A stretch of 64,000 bases of DNA, taken from positions 347,904 to 411,903 of the forward strand of contig NW_003314310.1 in assembly GCF_000143415.4 (NCBI RefSeq), given 5' to 3'. Below are positions 32,942 to 47,063 of this stretch, in pieces. The stretch comes from Selaginella moellendorffii. Its lineage: Eukaryota; Plantae; Lycopodiophyta. Both the position numbers and the translations under genes were made by a program. Position 1 is the first letter of the stretch, and each line of letters starts with the position of its first letter. The notes under the pieces were generated by a model. The model had not been told where the DNA came from and did no database searches. It saw only the letters and a list, made by a program, of their open reading frames with translations.

Positions 32942-35900
32942 TAAAGTTAGTGTTATCCACAACTAAATCACTTTTCAAGGAAAAGCTGAAGCTCAACCCC
33001 TACTAAATAACCTCGTTTAGAACACAACTAACTCAAACTTGCCACTCAGTTCATTTGAACGTCAACATAGTTGCGAACTAGCAAATGTACGAATGCCAAT
33101 AACACAAAGCCATAGCCAAATCATCAACACTATCTTCATTAAGACTAATGAAACTCGACATCAATCTTGTGGAGAGACATCTCATTTCACTAAAATCTCA
33201 ACATCAACAATGTCAACGACAAGGCATCACTTCAATGCCATCAACACTAGAACAAAGCTAGAAGAAAGCACAAGTGTATCACCACTCAAAACTCTCTAGC
33301 AACCAAGCTAACCAAAGTCGAAGATACTTTATTTAGTATTCGAGACCAATCTCTCAACAATACTCAGGTACAGATAACACTTCATCAAGGAGTGATTCAC
33401 CACGTCCAAGACTCAATGAAATCCAACACTATGAACTAAACACAACCAAATGATATCAACAGAGGTAGAGTCGACATGCCAATATAGAAAACCCATGTAA
33501 GTCTTCTGACACGATCCTCCGCAACACCATCCGGTAAAGCAAGCCCATCATTGCTAAATCTTCATCAAGTGAAGCAAGTGTCAAACAGTCCTCGACGATG
33601 TCTACAAGCAATCATTAGTTGCAAAGCAACTAACCATCACCCTTCAACTTGCCTTCACAAGACCTAAACACTAAACTTGTGCCATTGAGTTATATACTTA
33701 TCCAACATGAACGTGATACCTCCGGTATGAGATAAAAGTTCATAAACAAGCACAAACCAAATGACCACTCAAATCCAACTCAACCACGATAAGCTCACCA
33801 AAGTATTTAGCCAATAGCTCTGAGCATGCTTTGAAGAGGCTAGCTATACATGATCAACACTTAGCTGAAACTAAAGTGAAGACCATGAGATGGATCCATA
33901 TCGATACACAACCTCTTTATAGACAAAGCTATAGTACAGGTACCAACATCTCAAACTCAAACAACTAAGTTGAACATCACCATCCTCAGCCAAGGCGCAG
34001 GGCCACCAAGACCAAGTCAAGATCAGTGAGAGCTCACTACTCTCATAGAGTCTTACAAAATGCAAAGTGCAACCTGCCACCAAGCATAACGCTAGAAGAA
34101 AGGCACAAGGGTCACCTTTCTAGAAAAGTGCAACAGCCACTTTTCTACACCAACTCCAGACTCTATCCAACTCAATTGTCTTAGCCCCAAAAGTCAGCAT
34201 CCCTTTCGAATTGCATCATACAAACTACATACTAAGGTCTAAGCTAACTGAAGTTGTACTGCCTTACGAAAACGGAAAGGTTTTCGGACAAAGTGATCAA
34301 TAGATCAGCCATTGGAGAAGCCTAAGAAAATTTGTGGAAAATTTCCATCCTAGAGAAAGAATGACTCTCAGTCCAGGAATTCAAACTTTCAAGACTCAAC
34401 CAACTTCCTCCTACTAACAACTTCACATAAGTTCACCTCAACACAAATTCTCAAGACCCATAGTATGCTTAAGCATCGAACATCTTTTTTACCCATTCTT
34501 CCGACATCCAACACTGACAAACGTGAAATGCAAAATGAACATTCAAGGCTTGATCACGAAGACCACATCTTCGGATATCCATATTGCACTAACACTCTTC
34601 TTCAACCACTTTCAAGATCCAATGTGAAGCTAAAACACTAACAAGAAAAATGACATGGAAAATCAAGCTCTAAGGAAAATTCCTTATCACTCGAAGTAAC
34701 AATGCCACTTCCACTAACACAAGTGCTAGTGATGTTAATGCCCCAACTACACATTTTCTCCATCCAACAATCTACTCCAAGTGTTAACGGATCAACTAAT
34801 GAGCTATAGCAACTAAATGCTACAACCCTTTTCCAACACCTTAGTAGGCAAACTCAAGGAAACAAGGAACCAACTTAAGCTTAGCATAATGGACCACCAT
34901 CGAGAATCCAGTCAAAGCTACTACAATGCTACTTCGTGCAAGTAGACTAGCTTCACCATCAACCACTTTGGGGTTGATCATCATTTACCCAAGCAACTTC
35001 GTAAACACATTGCTCATTATCACATGGATATGATATGGAAATCACAATGTCTTGATCATCAATCAAGCAACACCACGAGCAATGCCAATGTTATTACTTC
35101 AAAGGTTTATGTGACCATCAAGTGCCAACTCGATTCAACAAAATGCAACATAAATGCCACACTCCACCAATAGAGACTTACAACACTAAACACCACCAAC
35201 TTTTGTTCACAACACGGACAAGCTCATGCCACTCGCTTTTCGACCAAACTCAAAACTTAACCCAACACCAAGCTACTCAAGGAGCAATAGCTAGGTTCCC
35301 CGGAAAAGAATTGAGCATTGTAACCCAAGTCTTCCAATAGCAAGCCTAGACAAAATGGTTTAGCGCTTCACTGCTATCCATCCCACAACTCACCATTTGT
35401 AAGACCATCATTTCCAATATGCATCAAGGTAGGGACTCTTGATTGCATAATGTGAACACAAGCAATGAGTCACATCTCGTTGCAAATCATCTCTCCAAGA
35501 AGAGAAGATGATTTACATGTTTGATCCTTCGTCCCCGACGACTCTCTTTTCGGTCTCATCTTTGACCAAACCTCAAGCTTGCTTTCGCACTGCCTTCAGT
35601 CTAATCCAAGAAAAGTTTATGAGAGAGCACGACAATGACTACTTGAACCAATAGAGTAATCCCTAAAGTCTTGGTTGATTCACTTGTAATCATGCCTAGG
35701 AAGGATCTACTAGTGCCGTGCTAAACAGCTACGGACCAGCTTATTTGCTATTCATAGCAAACCCAGGGAAAGTTTGCTTTCACTCACGGTACATGGAACA
35801 ACTCATGGAACCACCGATAGGCTAACATTAATCCTGCCAACTCAAAGTGTAACCTTGAGTTGCTAATGTGCCTCACTCACGAGTCCAAGCTTAAACTCGT

Positions 35901-36118
35901 GCAAACGGAACAACTCAATCCCTCTTGTGAGCCCAAGCTCAAGCTCACATCACACGGTACAACAAGGCAACCAAATCCATACCCAAGGAACAAATGTGAA
36001 CCCCTTGCACCAAACGTGTACCCACTCGGTTCATCGTTTTCATCTCTGCGTATGCAACGAGACTAGTTGCCCAATCTCATTGAATAGTACTCGCTGAGAC
36101 TCATCCTCTGATACCAAA

Positions 36119-37245
36119 TGTAGCGTTTGACCCTTTATCCTATGGTGATTTACCATAGGATAACACCACGAAGCGGAACCTAAACCCTCTTTGTGCCACG
36201 TGACAGATGCCACGTGTCACATGCCACGTGTCCATAGGAACCTGAAGTTCAAGGCCTTGGGCCACTGAACAAAGGAACGGTGCCAAACTCCCAAGCATGG
36301 AGCCAAGGAGTGACGGAACCGAACCACGGAGCAACTCCCGAGCATAAAGCCCAAGGAGCGAAGGGACAGGAGCCCGGAGCGACTTGGAACAGTCCTAGAG
36401 TAACCAGCATCCCAATGCCAGGACCAGCACGCAAAACGGAGCCAAACGGAGTCTGGCGCTATTTCAGCATACCGGTGGCCTAACGCGAGGACATGGGTAC
36501 TCCACCAACTAGCATGGAATGGAACTTGGGCTTAGACCCAAGCCGGACACAGAACAAGGACAGGCACGCAAGCGGGAGCTAGACTATGCCTCAGGTTGGT
36601 CGGCCATGCCCGACCTACCCACTATCCCTACTATACATTTGGAACCCCCCATAGCCCCCCCCCCCCCTTGAGGAACACACGCTTTGGGCTTTCACCCCAA
36701 GCCTCCCTTAGTATCAGGAGTTAGTCTCTGGGACAAGCTCGAAACTTACTAAATATGGAATGTCCCTAGATTGCGAATTTGGGCACGGGACGAACACCGT
36801 TGTGTTCAGGACAATCTCTACATTTCGTAGATATGCCAAATGAGCAAATCTGGACACTTTCCATAAATAGCATTTGGGACCGAAATGAGACTAACACAAA
36901 GGGCATGATAGCGAGGGTGTTTGGCAGACACGGTAAGCTATCATCTAGCGATATTGAGGGACCAATCTCAATATTGCGGGGGTTCTTGATACTAGCAAGT
37001 GCAAGCCAATGACTCACGTTTCTCAAACCAGGCCGAGTATGCTCAGCAAGAAACACATAGGGTTCCTACCTTATGTTTATCCAATCTAAGTTCATGGTCA
37101 TTGACCAGTTTCTCAACTAGCTCAAGTGGGAAACTGATAACGGGTCCAGCAATACCGACCTCCTGCCATCGTGGCAGTAAGGTAAGAGTGTCCGTAAGGA
37201 CTAGCCGACAGGTAACTTTCGATACCTGAAGTCACATTCGCGACA
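36119..37245 (-). repeat. 5' LTR, family C
   Basis: Direct repeat of 25078-26225; adjacent PBS. Confidence 0.93.
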
Positions 37246-38379
37246 GCAAAATAAAATTATGTTCAATAAGTGATCATCAAACAATCCTTTATAAATCTAT
37301 TTTCTATATCAAGACATAACTCACTTCCTAGCAAGCACAAGAAAAAATCATCAATGATCGATATATTCTTAACTCAAATCCAATAAGAATTTAATCACTT
37401 CAATATTAGAATGGCAAGTTTAAGTTAATTATATTCTATATGAAATTATTTAGTAGGGTTGAGCTTTGGCTTTTCTTTGAAATGTGATTTATTCATGATT
37501 ATACTAACTTTACGAGAGTAAGTGGTTAATAATAATTCTTTTGAACACTTGCTAAGTAAAAAATGCACAAATGCCAAATAATATAAAGCTATAGACAAAT
37601 CATCAACACTACCTATATCAAGACTAATAAAACTCAATATCAATTCTTGGAGAGACATCTTATTTCACTCGAATCTCAATATCAATAATGTTAATGACAA
37701 AGCATCACTTTAATGCCATCAACACTAAGCTAGAAGAAAACAAAAATAAATCACCACTTAAAACTCTTTAACAACTAAGCTCACTAAAGTCAAAGATACT
37801 TTAGTTAGTATCCAAAAATAATTAAATCCGAAATTGGACATCACTATTCTCAGCCAAGGCATAAGGCTACCAAAACTAAATTAGGGTCAATGATAGCTCA
37901 CTACTCTCATAGAGTCTAATATAATAGATAACACATTATCAAGGAGTGATTCACCACGTCCAAGACTTTATAAAATCCAACACTATGGACTAAATGCAAC
38001 CAAATGACATTGACAAAGGTAAAATCGATATACCAATATGGAACAACCAAAAAAGTTTAACAATAAGATCCTCAACAACACCATTTGGAAAAGCAAGTCT
38101 ATCATTGATAAATCTTCATTGAGCAAAACAAATGTCAAAAGTCTTCAATGAAGTTTATAAGGAATCACTAGTTGTAAAGCAACCAACAATTACTCTTCAA
38201 TTTGTTTTTCACAAGACAGAAACACTAAACTCATACCATTGAGTTATATACTTGTCTAACATGGAGGTAATATTTTAAATACAAGAAATAAGAACATAAA
38301 CAAGCATAAATTAAATGATCTCTTGAATCCAATTGAATTGCAATAAGTTTACCAACATGACTAACTAATATCTCTAAGC

Positions 38380-39362
38380 TGTAAGCGACTAAATTTTCCA
38401 TTCTACTTTAGTCACTTAACCACACCTCTGACCACTTGGAGGAGTTTCATTCACAACCTCCATAAGTCCAATTCAGGACTTGGGACTTGCTAGCCCCGAG
38501 AATGGCATCCATGCCACTCAACTTTGCACTTGGTCCAAGTGCTCCACGTGTCCGATCCCATGACCGACCCTCAAAGGTACCACCGACATGGCAGCGTGTT
38601 ATGCTAAGGCCATGCCCAATCACCTTTGCCACACTGGTAGTCCAATACCACTTGCATCACAGTCTTAGCTCTCCAAGACTAGGCAAACCATTCGTGAGTG
38701 GTCATGGATCGAGGCCCACAGGCCCGACCACTAAGTCCCACGGTCCTCTGGGACTTCCTCACCACACGACTGCGTCCTTGGTCACTGCCCCAGAGGACTG
38801 CTCCTCTTCCTTTCCACAGTCTGGGCCTTTGGGACAACATTTCGGAACACTGTGGCCTTACGCGAGCCACCTGGGTACTCTCCCCGCCTTCTGCCCTTGG
38901 GTGCTCTAGCCATGGGCTTAGAGCGAGGTTCCGTTGAGCCACGCCTGGTATCCAAGTAGGTAGTGCCACCCACACTTGGACTGGGAGCATCGGCCAGTCG
39001 ATCTCCCGGGGGAACTAGAGCCGGCTCTTGAACACTTCACCAAGCTACCCCGCTTGTCGGTCCGTGTTCACTCTAGTCTTGGACTTCCCAGTGGTCAGCT
39101 CCTCACCCAACACTGGGTCTGGCCTTCCTGGGCCAAACTGGCCTTTCCTGGCCAAACTGGCTCCACTGGGCTCCAACCCCCACACTCTCCCTACTATACT
39201 TTTGGAACCCCCCACAGCCCCCCCCCTGGGGGACGATCGCTTTGGGCTTTCACCCAACTGCCTGTATTAGTATTCGGACTCGGACTCGGACTCGGTCTCG
39301 GTCTCGGTCCCGGATTCGGACTCGGACTCGGTCTCGGTCTCGGTCCCGGATTCGGACTCGGA

Positions 39363-39399
<37 letters not shown>

Positions 39400-40121
39400 C
39401 TGGTCTCGGTTCCATCTCGAACTCCATCTCGGACTCCACCTCGGGTCCATTTCGGACTCCATCTCGGACTCCATCTCGGACTCCACCTCGGGTCCATCTC
39501 GGACTCCATCTCGGGTCCATCTCGGACTCCATCTTGGGTCCTTCTCGGACTCCATCTCGGGTCCATCTCGGACTCCATCTCGGACTCCATCTCGGTCCAT
39601 CTCAGACTCCATCTCGGACTCCATATCGGACTCCATCTCGGACTCCATCTCGGACTCCACCTCGGGTCCATCTTGGACTCCATCTCGGGTCCATCTCGGA
39701 CTCCATCTCGGGTCCTTCTCGGACTCCATCTCGGGTCCATCTCGGACTCCATCTCGGACTCCATCTCGGTCCATCTCGGACTCCATATCGGACTCCATCT
39801 CGGACTCCATATCGAACTCCATATCGGACTCCATCTCGGACTCCATCTCAGACTCCAACTCGGGTCCGCCTTGGACTCCATCTCGGACACTTCCACATGT
39901 CATGTGTTAGTCCTTTTTGGGTCCCCTTTTGGAGCCTTGCTTATTGCTCGCTTCGTGCTTGCTCCTTGAGCACTTTGTTGGGAGTTCCACTCCCGCTCTC
40001 GACCTTCCAAGTCAGAGCTTGTAGTCCAAATGTGTTACACTCGTTTGGCTTTCGCTTCGGCCACTACCACGTGGCACCCTTTCCGGCTCCACTTTGGGGC
40101 CTAGGGATTTTGTGTCTCACA
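38380..40121 (-). mobile_element. Solo LTR, family A
   Basis: Reverse complement of the family A LTR, TG..CA ends, TSD TAAGC at 38375-38379 and 40122-40126, no PBS or PPT. Confidence 0.93.
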
Positions 40122-40893
40122 TAAGCATGCCTTGGAGAAGCTAACTATGCATAACCAACACTCTATCAAAACTAATGTGAAGATTATAAGATGAACTCAT
40201 ATAGTACACAACTTCTTTATAGATAAAACTATAGTACAAGTACTAACATCTTAACCTCAAACAATTAAGTTGAACATCACTATCTTCAGCTAAGGCACAA
40301 AGCTACTAATACCACATCAGAATCAATGAGAGCTCACTACTCTTATAAAGTGTAATGAAATGCAAGTGCAATCTACCACTAAGTATAATATTACAAAAGA
40401 AAGACACAAAGGTCACCTTTCTAGAAAAGTGTAACAACTATTTTTCTACACAAACTTTAGACTCTATCCAACTCGATTAGTTTAGCCCCAAAAGTTAGCT
40501 TCCCTTTTAAGTTGTATCACACAAATTAACTACAAAGGTCTAACCCAACTAAACTCAACTTCAACCCCTTCACTAGTTTGTATTAGCTTACAAAATGGCA
40601 TGTTTTTTGAGCAAATGATCAACAAATCAACAATTGGAAAAGTTTAAGAAAAATTTATAGAAAAAAATTTTCATTCTAAAGAAAGAATGACTTTCAGTCT
40701 AAGAATGTAAACTTTCAAGAGTCAACCAACATCGTCCTGTCTCCACTCTTCATCCGACTAAACTTAAAATTAATCCAACACCAAGCTATTCAAGGAACAA
40801 TAATAAGGTTCCCTGGAAAATAATTGAGCATTGCAACTTAAGCCTTCAATAACATGCTTAGATAAAATGGTTTATTGCTTCACCACTATCCAT

Positions 40894-43800
40894 TGTAAGG
40901 AACCAACTCCCCGAGGTGTCGTAGGCTAAAAGATCCCTGAAAGCATGACCGAAATGACAAAGAGTTTATCGGATGGAACCGAGTCGAAGATCAAGTTCAA
41001 GACCAACTTTGAGATCGAGTTCGAGATAGAGTCTAGGATTGAGTCCGAGGCCGAATCGGAGACCGAGTTCAAGACCGAGTTCGAAACCGAGTTCGAGACA
41101 GAGTCCGAGATCTGAATCGGGTCCGAGACTGAGTCCAAGGTCGAGTCCGAGATCGGGTCCGAGATCAAGTCCAAGACCGAGTCCAAGTACTAATATGGGT
41201 CAAGGGGTGAAAGCCCAAAGCGTGCGTTTCCCAGGGCGGGGGGGGGGGGCTGCAGGGGGTTCCAAAAGTATAGTAGGGATAGTGAGGTCCAGGAACCAGT
41301 CTTGTGGTGCTTGGCTTGCCCATGAGAAGAATTGTTTGCGGTGGTCAATGCGCTCAAGGAGTGGCAATACTACCTTGGGAGACACTTCAAGGTTTACACG
41401 GAAAATGTGGCAACGAAACACTTCTTGTCACAGCCCGATCTGGGGGGGAAACAAGGTCAATGGGCCAATGCTTTAGCCGAGTTTGATTGTGAGATTCTGT
41501 ACAAGCCTGGGAAGAGCAACATCGTGGCAGATGCGCTAAGTCGAAAAGCGAGCTTGAAGTTGGCAATATCCAGCGCGACAGTAACCTTTTGGGATGATGT
41601 GCGGACAACATATGAGAACGATGGTCTAGCACAAGAAGTGTTACTAAGGAATCTGGAGGCATAGGAAGCTCACCAGAGATGTGAGCTGCCAACAGAAGAG
41701 AAAATGGGCTATGCAGAACGTAATGGACTCATCTATTATAAACAAACGAGGGTGTATGTTCTAGAAGGGGAACTAAAGAAGGTAGCCTTAGAAGAGTGTC
41801 ATGATGCACCTCTTGCGGGACACGACGGAGTGCCCAAGACAATAGGCTTACTCAAGAGGAAGTACCACTGGCTAGATATGGCTAAAGACGTCCAACACTA
41901 TGTAAAGACATGTCCCACATGTCAGCAGGTCAAAGCCGTGACTAAGGCTAGTGGGGGTTTGTTACAAAGCATCCCAATTCCAGATCGTCCGTGGAAATGT
42001 CTTACGATGAACTTCATCACGGGACTCCCCCCAAGTGAGGGGTTTGATGCGATATTCGTGGTGGTGGATCGATTTTTTAAGATGGCACATTTCATACCCA
42101 CCACAATGGAAGTGGATGCGGAAGGTGTGGCAAAGTTGTTCTTCGAACAAGTGGTTCGAGTGCGGGGAAGGCTAGAAGAGATTATCTCAAATCGAGATAA
42201 GATCTTCACCAGTAGGTTCTAGAGAACTCTTCTGGAACAGTATTGCACCAAATTGAAATTCAGCACAGCCTATCACCCACAGACAGGTATTGGGTATTAA
42301 GTCAAGTTTGACAGCACTAACACTTCTTGGCAGACGGACAAACGGAAAGGGTGAATAGGCAGCTGGAGGATTATTTGCGATGCTATGTCTCGGGAGACTA
42401 AACCGATTGGGTAAGTCATTTGGGACTTGCGGAAATGTGTTATAACAACTCACCACATTTGAATATCAGGGTGAGTCCATGGGAAGTCATCAATGGGTGA
42501 GCTATTGAAAGCTGTGGAACTCGGCGTGGCCGAGTATCATGGAGAGTTACCCGCAGTGGAGGCATTCACGGTGGAAAGACTTAACATTTGGAATCTAGTG
42601 AGGGATTCCTTGGAACGGGCTCAACAAAGGCAAACCAAGTACGCGAACTAGAAGTGCCGGGATGTAGAGTTCCAAGCTAGGGAGAAGGTGTGGCTGAACA
42701 TCAAGAACCTCAGGCTACCAAGTGGGATCAACCGAAAGTTGACCCAAAGGTAAAAATGTATATATTCCTGTAAATGAATTGATCTTGAGTTCCTTAAGCA
42801 GGTTCGCGGGGCCTTATGAGATTAAGGCACGAATCGGTAAAGTGGCTTACCATCTCCGACTTCCTCGAGAGATGGGGAAGATGCACCCAGTGTTCCACGT
42901 GAACTTACTCAAGCCATACTTTGAGGATCCGCTTCGCAAGGACCAAGTAAGACCTTTACCTGAGGTTATCCAAGGGGAATAGGAATATGAAGTCGAGGCC
43001 ATCCTCAATGTGCACAAGAGCAAGCGACAAAGACACGAGATGAGAGAGTTAGTGGAAAGGATTTCCACATTGCGAAGCAACATGGGAACTGGAGGAGAAC
43101 CTAGCGAACGCGCGAGATCTAGTGGAGGAATTTCTGCAAGGCAAAACTCTATGTACTTATGCAAAGTTCAATTAAAATATCAATTTGTTAAGTTAAGCAA
43201 TGGCATATGTTAGGACCTGAAGGCGTGCCAAAGGTAAGCTAATTAGCATGGGTTAGCTAGGTTGACCAAGCATAGAGAACTACACCCGACTCCCCACAGG
43301 GATGTTGAATCCGTAGACGTATTCTATGGAGGTTGAGTTCGAGTCCCAACCCCCTAGTAAAGCAAGGCTGGGTTCAAGTCCCGACCCCATACTAGGGTGT
43401 GGTCAGGTGAGGAGTATAGGGACATCTATATTCTGTTGTCATGAGCTCTTGGCCGGGGAGGCTAACTTAGGCACACCACTAAGTGGGGGGATGCCCCCGG
43501 AGATATGGTCAACAAGTCGTAGGATAAAAAGAGACGTTCGATGTGGGCATTGAACTTCTTCTATGGGTGGTGGAGTTGTAATGAATCAACTCCCCGAGGT
43601 GTCGTAGGCTAATGGATCCCCGAAAGCATGACCGAAATGACAAAAAGTTCATCGGATGGGACCAAGTTGAAGATCGAATCCAAGACCGACTTTGAGACTG
43701 AGTTTGAGATAGAGTCCGGGATCGAGTCCGAGGCCGAATCGGAGACCGAGTTTGAGACCGAGTTTGAGACCGAGTTCGAAACAAAGTCCGAGATCCGAAT

Positions 43801-44695
43801 CGGGTCTGAGACCGAGTCCGAGGTCGAGTCCGAAGTCAAGTCCGAGATCGGGTCCGAGACCGAGTCTGAGACCGAGTCCGAAGTCAGGCCCAAGATCGAG
43901 TCCAAGATCGAGTCCGAGACTGAGTCCGAGTACTAATACAGGTCAAGGGGTGAAAGCCCAAAGCGTGCGTCTCCCGGGGGGGGGGGGCTGCAGTGAGGTC
44001 CAAGAACCAGTCTTGAAAGAACTCTCCAGTGGTGCTTCCAAACTAACTTGAGATTGAGACTGGGGCCGAGGGGCCTTGGGTGGGAGTGAGCATGGACTTG
44101 GGTGGTGCCGGAGGGGCCACCCCAGGAAGTGCTCAAGAGCAGCTCCCACTCCCGAAAGGAAAACCGACTGCAGTGCTCTCGGCTCATGTGGAGTGGTGCC
44201 CCACTTGAGTACCTTGCGGCTCATTGGTCCTTGCCCTTCCTAGGGGCTTGGGCCTTCCCTTCGGGATAGAAGTTGGGGGGTAAAGGTACCCATACCGAGC
44301 TGTTAGGCCACGGTGTTTCGCCCCGGTGTCCCGAAGCAAGTGTTGCACCCAAGGCTTGGGATTTAAAGGGTCCCATGATCAAATCTTGTTGTACCAAAGG
44401 AAGTTAAGAACCTAGAAGCTTGGTGTGCTAGGCTGCTTATGCCTGCGGGGAGTGTAGCCGAACATTAAGTCCAGTCTAACCTAAGGAGGGGGATTGGGAG
44501 AGATTTGGGAATCCGTGGATAGATGGCTAACGCTCCATTGCTCGTGCAACAAGTAGCTGAAACTAAGTAGGACCAAGTAGGAGCTGGTATAATAGGTGGG
44601 AACCTTGGTAAGGGAACTTAGCAAAAGCCAAGGTAGTGTTGGTCAGATAGACGAGGTGAGCTGGCAAATTGGAAAGGAAAAATTTGTGGCTTACA
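40894..44695 (+). mobile_element. Internally deleted chromovirus (Ty3/gypsy) element E
   Basis: Truncated 5' LTR 40894-~41305 fused to pol; PPT 43565-43576; 3' LTR 43577-44695; TSD TCCAT/TCCGT (40889-40893, 44696-44700); removal restores the family C sequence. Confidence 0.88.
41306..43140 (+). pseudogene. Pol remnant: RNase H end, integrase and chromodomain, with short GT-AG introns
   Basis: YKPGKSNIVADALSR, HDAPLAGH..CPTCQ, VVVDRF, YHPQT^DGQTERVN, KLTQR^FAGPY, HPVFHVNLLKPY, EYEVEAIL..ATWE..NL..LVEEF; several stops and frameshifts; introns 42287-42333 and 42750-42801. Confidence 0.9.
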
Positions 44696-47063
44696 TCCGT
44701 CCCATGACTCACCACTTGTAAGACCATTATAACTAATAAGCATCCAAATAGGGACTCTTAATTGCATATTAATATGCAAACTAAACATCTCAATCCATCT
44801 AATGAGCCTAAGTGCAAGCTCATACACTATAGTACAAAAAGGTAACCAAAATCCAAAAACGAATGCGAAGTTATAACATCAAAACATGTACCTACTTGAA
44901 TCATCGTTTTCATCTCTATATATATAACAAAATTAATTGCCCAATCTCATTTAATAGTATTCGCTAAGACTCATCATCTAATACCATTTTACCCTATGGT
45001 GATTAACCATAAAATAACCACATATCACATTTTATATGCCATATGCCATGTGTTTAAAGATAGTGGAGCAAGATCTAAATTTCAAACCCTTAAACCACTG
45101 AATGAAGGAACAAAACCAAACTTCTACACATAGAGCCAAAGAGTGAAAGAACCAGAGCACAGAGCAACTATCAAATGTACAACCCAAAAAAGCGAAGGGA
45201 CAGGAGTATAGAGTGACTTAGAACAGTCTTAAAGCATCTAACATCATAATGTCAAGACTAACATGCAAAATAGAGCTAAATAGAGATTGACACTATTTTG
45301 GCATACTACTAACTAGCATAGTGTGGAATTTGAGCTTAGACTCAATCCAAATGCAAAACAAAGACAGACACACAAGCAAAAGTTAGATTATGCTTTAGAT
45401 TGGTCAACTATCCCAACTTACCCATTATCCCTACTATATATTTAGAACTTTTGAGCTTGAAACTTATTAAATATTGAATAGCACTAAATTGCAAATTTAG
45501 ACACAAGACTAACACCATTGTATTCAAGACAATATTTACATTCTATAGATATGCCAAATTAGCAAATCTAGACACTATCACTAAGACACTTAAGGTTTAA
45601 TACTTAGTAAATTTAAGGGTAAAGGTCAGTGCAAAAGGCTTTAGAAAACTGGCATAGTATAGTTTAGGCAAAGTTAAACATCTTTTATCTTTGTTATTTA
45701 GCTCTAGGTCATGCCTCCTTAGAAAAGGCTTGGTTGATGAAACATTTTGGTTTGTTAGTGATTATTGACAAAGCTTGATGTAACCCTTGTCTATGTGCTA
45801 AATTGTCTTAGCAAGGAACACAAACATGCATTTTTCAGAGTTTAACAATGATTAGATCAAAAGATTCCTAAAAATAACAAGTTTTATTAAGCATAGTTCT
45901 AATTGGTGGTGGTCAGAACAGTCCTGATAGAATATAGCTCAAACAACGAACTACATCATTAGGATGCACTTTCATGTAGCCCTTTTTCTTAAAGAGTAAT
46001 AAAATAAAATATCCTTTCAAAATATGCTTATTCTTTCTTAGGCATTTTACAGATAACAAAATAAAACCTTTAGTTTGCTCTTAACACCTCCAAGGTCTTA
46101 TACTAGCATCCTTTAAGGGAAAAATCAATAACAAATGAGAAATCTTAGAACCACTGCAGTAAGAACTATCCCCATTAGCCAACAAAAGCCACAAATTGTT
46201 GATGATAAAGGAGGAGAGAAGAATTGTTAAAGTTTTTGCATTTCAAATTTTTTTTGTTAGGTTAGCCTTTTAAAAAAAATATCTACCCAAAAATCATTTT
46301 TCACTTGAAAGTTAAACCCCACCTTCCCATGGCAACATTGGTAATGTGAGAAACTACATTTTAGTAATAATACATGTTTTCCAGAGACCCATGAGACCAC
46401 AATGCAATGAATGCATTATGATCTACTCATGTATTTCACCACCTACCTTCCTCAATTGCTATAGGAGGCTGCAAATACCCTTGTTTGGCATTTATGACGC
46501 AGGCAGTCTCGTCAAAAAACTCTCCAAACATCTCATGACAATAAACATTTCTCTTTCTTTCTGTGTCCACCTTTGAAACATTTGTCTTCACTGCAACTGC
46601 CATGAGATGCCAATCCCACCACCACCACCACCACCACTCTGCTGCCAGGCGCAGATTAAATGCTGTTCGTCCATCAATCCATCCATCCATTCCACCGCCA
46701 GGCCTGAGAGGCCTGAGAGACCTGAGAGACCTGCTGAGCGACCAGAGAGAGGACGAGCTCGTCCCTCTTGCCTCTTTATACTTTCATCCCTCGCTTCTTT
46801 CTCTTCCAGCCTTTTCGCACTCTTAGAGAACTGCCACTGCTGCCTGCTTCCTTTGCTCCAAATCCTCTCTGCCTACAAGGACCCCGCGCTGAGCTTTCGA
46901 CCAGATCTCTTCTCTTTCAACCAGACCTCCTCGCTCTCGCATCGCTCTCTGTGGCCCGAGAAGAAAAAGACGAGCGAGCGAGAGCAAATGTCGCGCGTCG
47001 CCTGCTTGCTGCTACTGCCTGAGCCAAAGGAACGAAGAAATTTTAAAAGGCTGACTGGAGAAG

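Larger units (their letters stand above)
25078..37245 (-). mobile_element. Young non-autonomous LTR element (LARD) family C
   Basis: Near-identical LTRs 25078-26225 (3') and 36119-37245 (5'); PBS complement CCTCTGATACCA 36105-36116; PPT 26226-26237; TSD GCAAA at 25073-25077 and 37246-37250; no long ORFs of its own. Confidence 0.93.
962..45580 (-). mobile_element. Old, AT-eroded non-autonomous LTR element of family C; host of the whole nested stack
   Basis: Fragments 962-1560, 23746-25077, 37251-38379, 40127-40893 and 44701-45580 are largely collinear with young C (25078-37245). 3' LTR remnant 962-1330, PPT ~1331-1350, PBS remnant CATCTAATACCA 44975-44986, 5' LTR remnant ~44987-45580. Differences are mostly C>T/G>A. 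Confidence 0.8.
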
